A DNA stretch of 64,000 nt from Octopus vulgaris (taxonomy: Eukaryota), in contig OX597825.1 in assembly GCA_951406725.2 (NCBI GenBank), forward strand, positions 49,104,001 to 49,168,000, read 5' to 3'. The notes beneath the pieces are model-generated. The model was not told the DNA's origin and did no database searches. It saw nothing but the letters and a program-made list of their open reading frames with translations. The position numbers and the translations under genes are program-made. Shown in pieces: positions 53,193-64,000 of the stretch (position 1 is its first letter; each line of letters begins with the position of its first letter).

Positions 53193-56100
53193 GAATATAT
53201 ACTCATAGACAAATTTATTGTTGTACATACATATATGCACGCGTGTGTATGTTTACTTCTGTTCAGTGCGTATATATGCATACAAAATACAATCACTGCT
53301 TTGAATAATATCTTCGTATAATACTTATATATTAATCTATGTCATAGGCTAACATTGATTTCTCTCGATTCCAATATCGTTGCCTCCGCTCCATAATTTG
53401 TCCGTGTTTATCCTATACCGATGAATTTTAGCGTCCTGGGTCTAGTGGAATACACAAGAGTGACATACGGTAAACTATGCTCATTTGTACTGAGAGAAAA
53501 AGGAGTGAAGCTTATAGATTGTATGTGTTGGACTAGAGACACAAATGTGTCGCTAGTTGCAGCGAGATACAATTACAATCATGCCTATTGATGTTGTCTT
53601 GTTAGAAAACCAAATTATCTCAACACCTTTCAAAATTAGATTCAGTATTAATAAACATAAGGAATTTAATTCAAACTATTCTATATGATGTCTGTTAGAA
53701 TATATTTCTATTATATCTTTATTGTGTAATTCAATTCTCTCTGTGACTCAAAATATACCTTATGTATGCATTTATGAATGAATGAATGAATGTATGAATG
53801 TATGCATGTGTGTACGTACGTGTTATATGTATATGAATGTTTTTTATGCATGTATACATTTATGTAACTCTCATTCTCTGTATGTATATATATATATATG
53901 GAAACATATACACACACACATATATATAAGTATATTTATATTTATATAAATAAATATGTGTGGGTGGGTGTGTATAAACAGACATAGCAACAGACAAATA
54001 TACATGAGCCTGAAGCAGTAACAGGAGATATGTAGATTCCATTATGGCATAGTTCCCAGTACTCACCGCGACAACAAACAAATTCTCACATGTCATCACT
54101 ATACTGTAGCAGCTGCATAGTTTCCATTCTCCGGTCGTTATTGTTAAATCGCTATAAACGTCATCAAAGATACAGAACATATAGCTACATGTATTATTGA
54201 AGCTAACTTTATTCATAGACACCTCATGAACTGTGAGTGATATGTACAATTTTTGTATGGGTTGGAGACTATATACAAATTCTTTGTTTTGCAACACATG
54301 AATATATTTGATTTTTAGTGGCGCTGTGTGATAAGATGAGAAAAATATCTGGTCTATTGAAACCTATTTTAAAAGTTGAAGTTTAATCAGTTACACATAG
54401 GATATACATAGAACTAGTTTCCTGACTATATACAACTGAATGCTCTGTATATATCAAAGAGCCTTTAGAACCATTTATATTGGTCCTTATTTGAAATATC
54501 GAATATTTTGCTTGAAAAGAAAGTCCTTCATTGTTTATCACCAATGAAATGAAATAATTCATCTGTTGGGATATTCTGCAAAGAAAGTGAAGCTTTGTCC
54601 AATATTGCATTACTTAACTTAAAAAACATAGCTTCATTTCTGCTTAAAACCAGTTACTACAAACACCATAATATTGTTATGGTCATATTATACCATTCAG
54701 TTAATTATGTAACTTTTGCATTACTCAGAAAATTATAGAATACATAATGATCGAGCTCCAATTTATAATTTAATAATATTGCATTCTAAATAGAATTCAA
54801 TCTCAAACAAATCTTACATTCTGATCAATTACTGAATCTTGCTAGAAATGTGATGGTCATCATTACTTCTTCTTACGTGTAGCAACGAAATAGCTCAATT
54901 TGCAAATATAATACCGTAGAATACGAATTAATCTTAGAAATATAACATCAAGTCTTTGGCGGTTAACTAACTTTTTTTGTTTACAATCAATTGCGATTTT
55001 AATAGTGGCATATATGTTCTAGAATTAATATTTGTGAATCGAATTCAATTGTTATGTCACACTTTCTATAATTCAGGTTATACAGTAAAGTTAAAATGAA
55101 AAGAAAATCATGTGAAAGATAATGAAATAAATGCAAAATAAAAAGGAGCGAAACTAAATCTTCTAAATCTAGGAATCTTAGAAATATTTAATAAATCTTG
55201 ACCAAAATCGATATATTTTAAATGTTTTCACGTCCATCCTATTTGGTTAAGGAATTCCATTTCCAGTCTCTGACTCACAGTTTTCTTTTTTAAAAAGAAT
55301 AAACGAAAGGACAAAATATATAGTTCCATATATGTGTGTCTATTTCTACGTCATCTTCGAAAATTGTCACTCCATACACACAAATAGCAAAAGTAAATTC
55401 AAACGAAATACTAAAAATAGCAAAAGCAATAAAAGAAAACTACCAATGAGATTGGCAAATAGCCTTGGAGAATGTTTTCTGAATTTCTGAAGACAGTGAA
55501 GAATTAGTTGGGTATATAGTTGTATTAGGGATACGATTAATTCAGATTTCTTTTTAAGAATTTGCAGACAGACGAATTAAATATAATTAATCTTATAATT
55601 CTGCACAATTTTTGGTTGGTGATGACGAGGTTGGTGAATTGATTGTTGATATAATAATATATTTGATATAATATCGATGACAATATTCACAGGGACGCTG
55701 TCTTGTTTAGTTATTGATGAATTGTAAAGGAAAGTTTCGTATCACTACAACATTGAGAATTTCACATCAATTTGATAATTACAAGAGATCCAATATAAGA
55801 GTTGTATTATGTTTGTTTATACATGATCTAAGGAAGCAATTACGCTGAGTCCTTCGAGAATATGATAGATCAATATATGAAGTCTATAAAATACAAAGAA
55901 AAGCGTTGGATGATTGAGACAATAAGGTACTTAACAACAACTGGCTAAATAGATATAATCTGTCAGCGGTGTGTTATGAAAAAATAATTTTCAGAGAGTG
56001 ATACCATCCCTGCATTGAACAGGTGTGAGCATGATGGGCATGCTACCGATATCAAAATTAACCTCCTAAACATGAAAACTTTTGTCTCTCATCCACTAAG

Positions 56101-57879
56101 CGTTATGAAAATTCTGAGAGAGCTACTAGGACTTTCGGCATTTAGTTGCGAGACTTGAAATGCGGAAAACATAGCCAGAGTAAATAGATTTTACTGCACT
56201 TTTAAGAGACAAATATATTGTAAAACATTTCTGTAAGTGTATACTCTGTATTTAGAAAAATATTTCTATTTATACAGATGAACTACTTAGTATTAAATGT
56301 TACTATCAAGAACACATTCTAAACTACTTGTTGACGTGTGTTAATGTCCAGAACATATCCATCGCACAGATAATCTTATACAGAGAATAATTTATAAAGA
56401 AGTTATTCTTCTTCGATTGATTGCCGTGAACATAAGTGGGTCGGTAACAATGGATACTTGCTAATATCACATGTGATATTCAGAAGAAATATTTCATACA
56501 AGCACCATACGTTCTTTCATTCTTTTACTAAGTATAGGATTACGGCCATGCGAAGGTCTGGCTTCAGTAGTTTTTGTCGATAAAATGTTTAATTGCTGTT
56601 CTTAATTTATCGATTTCCTTTCGTCAAATAGCAAATTTCGTGAATAAATAATACATCAAACCACCACGTTTAAATCAGTGTAAAAACAAAGGAAGTCCGG
56701 GACTGACATAGCTATGAATGTTTCTGTGTGCACGCGTGTATATGTTCGTGTGTAGATGATCACTAGTTAAACAAATGCTTATTACTCGGAATTTCATACG
56801 CAGAAGCATAATTACTTTTTTCGATCAGATGTCTACGTCTACATTGACAAGAAACTCAGCCATATGCAGCTTTAATTGCGGACTTCACGTGATCTACCAC
56901 AACCAATGAGAACCAAGCTTACAATACAGCTAAGTTTGCCCGATGATGTTCAACTAATGGGCGATTGCTCAGTTACCGCGTTGAATTGTACATTCAGTTA
57001 CCCTAGTCGCCTATACACACGCATATAGGTGTATGTGTGTGTGTGTATACATGTATGTATATATGTGTATATATATGCCTGTGTGTGTATATGTATGTAT
57101 GTATCTATGTATGTATGCATGTATGCATATGTATATATACCAATATATTATACATATATAAGAATGACTATCTGAAATATTCATCAAATAAAGTAGTGTT
57201 GGTAAAATGTGTATATGTATATTTGTTCTTTCTAAAATATTCTATGATACCTCGAAATATATTCCCATCAGTTTCCACAAATATTATGTTAATAAAGAAA
57301 GACACAAATGTCTTCAAATATTGCAAGTTAATTATTCAATTTATCATTCAATTTCTCAATCCCAAACGTTTATATTTCGTTGATATTTGATATAATTACA
57401 TTAGAGGTATTATATTATCTTCTTTAGGCAACTATTGCTTAAGTAAATGCCATCAGGTCATGACAAATTATGTTGTAGATACAACACATGCTCATTTGTA
57501 CATTTAGATACGTACGTGTGTGTGTGTGTGTGTATGCATGTTTGCCCACATCGGTAGGTATGAGTACATATATACGCATATACATAGTCGGCGAGAGACA
57601 TTTATACAAGTCTACAAAATATTCTAATACACGTAGATTTACTTCAGGTTTGCTTCTACTCAGCCATATTACCCATGTACTTTTATATTCATTGGTGTGT
57701 ACGTATACAGAATGGGTTTATTGTATATTGTAGGGGAATATTGGAAGTATTGTTGCATTTACAAAGATTTGTGAACTTTTAATAATATACTGTGTATAAT
57801 TCCAGGTTGTTCATTCGAAAAAATAATTTTCCTCCACTCACATCACATACACATTTTATCTCCTCTTTACGTGCGTGTT

Positions 57880-57940
<61 letters not shown>

Positions 57941-58481
57941 ATGCTTGTGGATGAACACGCTAGTAACACGCTTAACGAATGACATCAGTGCAACTTTAAT
58001 GAATGAATAATTTGCATTTGAAAGAAGAGTTCTGTGAATATGATACGAATGGTTTCATGCGAATATACTCGCATTTATATAATCATATTTCAGATGATAA
58101 TGGAAACATTGTTTTCTTATAAGGATGATATGAAATAAAAAGGCTGGATAATTAAGTGAAGGGAAACAGTTGCAGAATTCAGGTTTGATAATCCATGGTT
58201 ACTACCATAAATAATACATAATCACACACTTTTCGAATTGATATACTATCCGAGTGTTTCTCCAAAATCTATAGGCAATTCATATATAGATGAGGCTAAT
58301 CACAGCGTAAGGTACAGGATTCGCACGAATGTGTAAATAAGTTAGCATACACTTAAGCATACATGTACACGACTATATTTTCCTCAGGTGTGTGTATGTA
58401 TACAGTTCTATATTTAAGAGATGAGGAATTATATACATTATTTACATTTGACGAATATTTGTTCTCATCTTGTTTGTTGTT

Positions 58482-58527
58482 AACATAACTTTTAGGCTGA
58501 TATACCATCCAGACTTCATCAGGTGTC
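58482..58527 (-). ncRNA. Minimal hammerhead motif (mutated GAAA)
   Basis: Minus strand: gacac CTGATGA agtctg gatggtatat cagcc taaaa gtt atgtt. Confidence 0.55.
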
Positions 58528-58575
58528 TTGGGGGAAATTTCGAACCTGGGTTCTCATTCCTAAGGTATTTTTCGA

Positions 58576-58663
<88 letters not shown>

Positions 58664-58765
58664 CTCACTGCCGGGAATCGAACTCAGAATCTTGGTGTTA
58701 GTAGCCCTCGGTCTTAACCACCACGCCATATGCCCAAGATTCCGAGTTCGATTGCAGACAGTAAG

Positions 58766-58841
<76 letters not shown>

Positions 58842-58887
58842 TCGAAAAATACCTTAGGATGAGAACCCAGGTTTGAAATTTCATAAA

Positions 58888-58933
58888 GACACCTGATGAA
58901 GGCTGGATGGTATATCAGCGGAAACTTTGTGTT
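58888..58933 (+). ncRNA. Minimal hammerhead motif
   Basis: gacac CTGATGA aggctg gatggtatat cagcg GAAAC ttt gtgtt. Stem I is gacac/gtgtt and stem II is gctg/cagc. Confidence 0.65.
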
Positions 58934-59005
58934 AACAACAAACAAGATGATTACAATTATCCATGAAATGTAAGTAATATAAATAATGTGTGCATGTATC
59001 TACTC

Positions 59006-59043
<38 letters not shown>

Positions 59044-59766
59044 GTTTGTGTGTGTTTGTGTGTGTGTATGCATGAGTTTGTGTATATAAACATAGATATA
59101 TGCGCAAAAAGTGAGAAGAGAGCAATATAGCTATATATATATATATATTATATATTGCAAATAGCACTAAAATTCCAGTCTAAAACGAGCTTTGTAAAGG
59201 GAAATCTCTACTGACTAGTGCAATGAACGCGTTGTATACACACACATGTACACACATATGTACACACATACAAACACACGTATGTTTTTCACATACAGTT
59301 ACTCCCATGCAACATTCGTATACAACATTCTAGTACGCACGCGCGCCTAATATAAATAAATGCATATCAACGCAAATATTGTAATATAGAGTATCACATA
59401 CAATATCCCCACGATATACACTGTATCTTATCTATATATATAAAACAATAAAATCATTCGAGTGCTGTATCAATTCTATAATTGTGTAAAACTTTATTAA
59501 CTATGTTGTAATTACTGAACAGTACAAAATGTCAGCACAAGATAGTCCACCTAACAAGATACTGTACAGGAAACGATCAATACAACAGACGCTGGATAAT
59601 TGATTCCCCACACTTAATCGAACTCAAGAAATCTCGTCTTATACACTCACGCAAAATTGGCGCCACTATTCAAAATGTGGTTGAATAGTTACCGACAAAA
59701 ATGTATTGGCATTATATCAATTGCAGAATTGATATACCGCCCAAGTGAATGCATTGTAATATATAT

Positions 59767-59813
<47 letters not shown>

Positions 59814-59964
59814 TAGGTGAATGAATTATCCTATGTTTATCGTCAGCATGGAAAATTCGTTTAAGCGAAACCTGGGTAACAAATTCACGTCAGAATACAC
59901 GGTTGAAGCGACCTGTCAAGGATAGAAATTCCAGGTTCATGTGTAGAAATTTGTGTGTTGTATA

Positions 59965-60615
59965 TGGATAAATGAAAGAATGGAGTCGAACGAAGATGTT
60001 AACAAAATTCCTTTACTCTCGACACATGTTTCGAAGACAGCATGTTTTCATTCCAAAGGAATAAAGGTTGCATTATGCAATCTTCTCATCAGGAAAGAGA
60101 GGGAGCCTCTCTCGACAACAAGACAAACAAAAACTTCGATGCTTGCCTACATGGTAAACAAAGCGATAATGAGTGTTTTTTTTAAAAAATCCGTTAGAAG
60201 AATTGACGTCAAAAATATCCTTCCCTCTCCACTTGTTCCCTGCCTATTATTCCTTTATACCTTCCCTTCCTACTATCTATCTTTGACGTCTGTCTCTCTC
60301 TCACACACACAATCACACACAGAGACACAAATGCAGTTATACACACACACATACACACACACACAAACACACGCACTCATTAACACATTTCCATACATAC
60401 ATCAAACATACTGTTCCCTACCTATTATTATTTTATTCCTCCTCTTCCTAATATCTATTTTTGACGTCAATTCTTCTAACGGATTTAAAAAAAAAACACT
60501 CATTATCGCTTTGTTTAGCATGTAGGCAAGCATCGAAATTTTTGTTTGTCTTGTTGTCGAGAGAGGATCCCTCTCTTTCCTGACTTCGTTCGACTCCATT
60601 CTTTCATTTATTCAT
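59965..60615. repeat. Inverted-repeat PLE 3'-end element (arms about 59965-60217 and 60455-60615) around a (CA)n tract
   Basis: Arms are reverse complements except for a roughly 95-nt segment missing from the right arm; homologous to 19561-19830. Confidence 0.85.
60016..60097 (-). ncRNA. Type I hammerhead ribozyme
   Basis: Minus strand: ctttc CTGATGA gaagat...gtcttc GAAAC atgt GTC gagag. Canonical core, GUC site, same family as 19593-19679. Confidence 0.8.
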
Positions 60616-60721
60616 ATATATATATATGGGTAAGATACAGTGTATGTACCACTCAACTGTTAAAAGAATGTATAAGCACATATGTACATAATGCATTATA
60701 TATGTACATATGCATATGAGA

Positions 60722-61112
60722 CAGGTGTAGGTGTGGCTGTGTGGGAAGAAGCTCACATCCCAACCACATGGTTCCGGATTCAGTCCCACAACATGGCACC
60801 TTGGACAAGTGTTTCCTATTATATCTTCAGTTCGACCAAAGCATCTTGAGTGCATTTGTTATTGGTAGATGGAAACTGAAAGAAATCCGTCGTATATAAA
60901 CGTCTATACCTCTGTATGTGTCTTTGTGGTTTTTTGCTTGATCCCTGCCATTACTGCTTGACAACTGGAGCTGGTGTGTTTGCGCCCCCGTAACTTAGCG
61001 GTTCAACATAAGTACTGGCCTTATAACAATTATTGAGGTCGATTATAAAACATCACAAGATGGTGCTCAAGCATGGCCGATGTCAAATGACTGAAAAAAG
61101 TAAAGGAATACA
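60722..61112 (+). mobile_element. SINE family A, near full length
   Basis: ggtgtggctgtgtgggaagaagc...ggattcagtccc...accttggacaagt...ggtagatggaaactgaaag...tcaaatgactgaaa. Confidence 0.8.
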
Positions 61113-61407
61113 AGAATATATAAATATAGATATATAAATGCACACTCACGCACATAGACACACACGCATATACACACACTCACACACGCAAATATATAGA
61201 TATACTGAACTGAACATATATGTGTGAAGTTATCGATGATAATGTGGAGAGACAAATATATATACATAGAGTATAAAATACAGAATAGTATTCTGTATTT
61301 TCTGAAGACAAAAAATTCCGATGTACCTGAAACATCTGTCATGTCAAAAGTCTATGCAATCTCAACCCAGAGTTCTCTATATATTATGCTCTATGTAAAT
61401 AGATTTG

Positions 61408-61443
<36 letters not shown>

Positions 61444-61782
61444 TGTGAGTATGTATTTATCTTCTATAGGTCTATAACTATGCTTATGTCGAAGTGTACA
61501 TGTATGTATATGTATATGTGTATGTTTTGAGCATTATCGTGTTTATCTGATCACTATCTGCTCACCAGCTGAATAGATTTCACTAATAACCATGTTTACC
61601 ACGTGGGGCTAATTCTCAAAAATGATTTCGGAGTTTAAAAGCAAAATATTTGAGGACCACTACGTGTTTTACGTTTTAACCAAATGTAGCTCTCACATTC
61701 ATACATATATACATGCATAATTATATGCTTACGTACATACTTACATACAAACACACACATACATCATACACACCAGCATACA

Positions 61783-61850
<68 letters not shown>

Positions 61851-61904
61851 TCAATTTTATTCTTTAAAATGTTTCACCGTAAAGGATTTTTAGTGGAAGA
61901 ATCC

Positions 61905-62215
61905 TATCACAGAACGTATTCTTTGTAAGCATAGTACTTATAGTATCGGTCACTTTCGCAAGGAAGCCAAGATTACGGGGACATATACACTAAAAACATT
62001 GGTTGTAAAGTGACAGTGACAAAAACTGGCGCGAAGAAACATTTATATATATATATATACGACGAGCTTTTATTTTCCGTCTGCCAAATACATTCGCAAA
62101 TATTTGGTCGGCCAGAGGCTATAGAAAAAGACACTCGCCTAAGGCAACACGCAGTAGGACTGAACGCGGAACAGTAAGGACTAGAAGCAAGCTTCTCACC
62201 ACAAACCCAAACCTC
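61905..62215 (-). mobile_element. SINE family A (diverged)
   Basis: Reverse complement has gtggtgagaagcttgcttc...gttcagtcctactgcgtgttgccttaggcgagtgtc...tttggcagacggaaa. Confidence 0.65.
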
Positions 62216-62464
62216 CTTCAGGTTATCGTCTTTGCCGAAGTAGATTTACTCAAATTTGTCCTGTTTCAGTAGTTCTGATAACTATTCACAGCCATGGAAG
62301 TTCTATCTCATTCTGTTAATGTATATATATATATCTATATATGCATGCTAATACACTCCTCTTTCGTATCTTTATCAAAACTACAGCTTAATAATAGACG
62401 ATGGAACATATTAAGCATTATCTGAGCCATTTGGGGCTTCTTGACACAAATGCTTCTCATATTC

Positions 62465-62493
<29 letters not shown>

Positions 62494-62519
<26 letters not shown>

Positions 62520-63437
62520 GATTATATATATATATAATATACAAATATTTATATGACATATATATATATATGCATATATATAATATATATATATTTATAA
62601 AATATATAGTATATATGTAAAAATATAATATATATATAGTATTTAAATATATATATATATATATAATATATGTATAGTATATATATATTAAATATGTAGT
62701 ATAAAAATAATATATATATATATAATGTGAATACATAATATGTATACATATAATATATATCATATATATATCGTATATATAATATATTTAATATACATAC
62801 ATATATATAATATATATATATTGATATAATATAGATATTTATAATATATATATAATAAATATATGGTATATATATAATTTATATGTAGCATATATATATA
62901 ATATATATATATCATATATATATCGTATATATATAATAAATATAATATATATATATTTATATACAATATATAAACATATATATAATATACGATATACTAT
63001 ATATATATATAATATATATATTTATATAATATATAGAATATATATACATATATAATAAACATAATTTATATAATATATATATATATAATATATATATATA
63101 TAATACATATATATAAATCACATATTTTATATATATATATAGTTATATATATAATATTTATATCATATATATATATCGTATATAAATATATATCATATAT
63201 ATATATCGTATATATATAATATATATATATGTATATATCGTATATATATAATTTATTATATATATATATGTATTATATATATATCGTATATATTTGTAAT
63301 GTAGATAATATATATATAACATATATATGTATATATATGCATACTACATAAATAATATATATAATATAAATATTATATATATATCTTATATAAGTATAAT
63401 ACATATATAATATATATAACATATATAATATATATCT

Positions 63438-63482
<45 letters not shown>

Positions 63483-63532
63483 TATATAAATATATATCAT
63501 ATATAGCTATATTTATATATATATATAATTAT
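62494..63532. repeat. About 1 kb degenerate (TA)n low-complexity tract
   Basis: Seen directly. Confidence 0.95.
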
Positions 63533-63539
63533 ACATCAG

Positions 63540-64000
63540 CACATCAGCACAGTCATGGAACGGATAGTCAGATGGAAGATAATCGCATTCCTTGAAAAAA
63601 AATAAATTGCTAAGTGATACTCAAAATGGTTTTCGATCAGGTAGGAGCTGCCTGACCCGGCTCTTACAACATTATGACTGGGTGTTGAGGCAGTTACTCA
63701 ACAAATCAAATGTGGATGTAATATACCTTGATTTTGCAAAAGCTGTTGACAAGGTGGATCATGGTATGATATGCCACATACTGCGTGGCCTCGGCATAGC
63801 TGGAAAACTTGGAGTGTGGTTACATGACTTCCTGAATGATAGGAGTCACTCAGTAGTGGTTAATGGAGCCACCTCTATGAACACACAAATAGTGAACGGT
63901 GTTCCACAGGGCACTGTCTTGGGACCACTGCTTTTTATAGTGGCCCTCTCAGATATGTCCTCAAATGCCCGGATACCCACTCTGGTAAGCTATGCATATA
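63540..64000 (+). pseudogene. CR1/L2/Jockey-group LINE reverse transcriptase fragment, 5'-truncated, open to the window end
   Basis: Manual translation: VMERIV...LLSDTQNGFRSGRSCLTRLL...VDVIYLDFAKAVDKVDHG...NGVPQGTVLGPLLFIVALSD...VSYAY. The YADD motif appears mutated. Confidence 0.9.

Larger units (their letters stand above)
58420..58980. mobile_element. Head-to-head pair of a tRNA-head + (TAA)n + hammerhead retroposon (full copy on minus, 5'-truncated copy on plus)
   Basis: Arms at about 58440-58575 and 58840-58975 are reverse complements. The centre 58661-58735 is a minus-strand tRNA-like head (A box TGGCGTGGTGG, B box GAGTTCGATTCC); 58733-58768 repeats its B-box half on the plus strand. 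Confidence 0.8.

Noticed and set aside
58661-58735. Functional tRNA gene
   Set aside because: A and B boxes are present but a convincing acceptor stem and cloverleaf could not be drawn, and it is embedded in a repeat; treated as a SINE head.
59953-60525. 190-aa ORF
   Set aside because: It runs across an inverted repeat and a (CA)n tract, antisense to a ribozyme, with no protein motif.

Overview
AT-rich, microsatellite-dense animal DNA made almost entirely of transposable elements. The SINE and repeat content resembles an octopus/cephalopod genome (inference from recall, not searched). No host protein-coding exon could be supported, and most short ORFs in the track are translations of microsatellites. 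Recognisable elements: Penelope-like element (PLE) remnants, an internally deleted Helitron with both termini, mariner and Tc1 copies with TIRs, Chapaev3-like and hAT remnants, several tRNA-derived SINEs, a ~14 kb same-strand pile-up of R4/Dong-type LINE fragments in (TAA)n tracts, and a CR1/L2-type RT fragment at the window end. The signal the ORF track misses is RNA structure. By eye there are about 14 type I hammerhead ribozyme (HHR) motifs (CUGAnGA, stem II, GAAA, stem III, NUH, closed by stem I) from about nine unrelated sequence families. Many have palindromic stem III, and they often sit in divergent inverted-repeat pairs. One is fused to a tRNA-like Pol III head through a (TAA)n spacer, giving a candidate SINE/retrozyme hybrid. 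All folds were read manually; repeat boundaries are approximate unless termini or TSDs are quoted.
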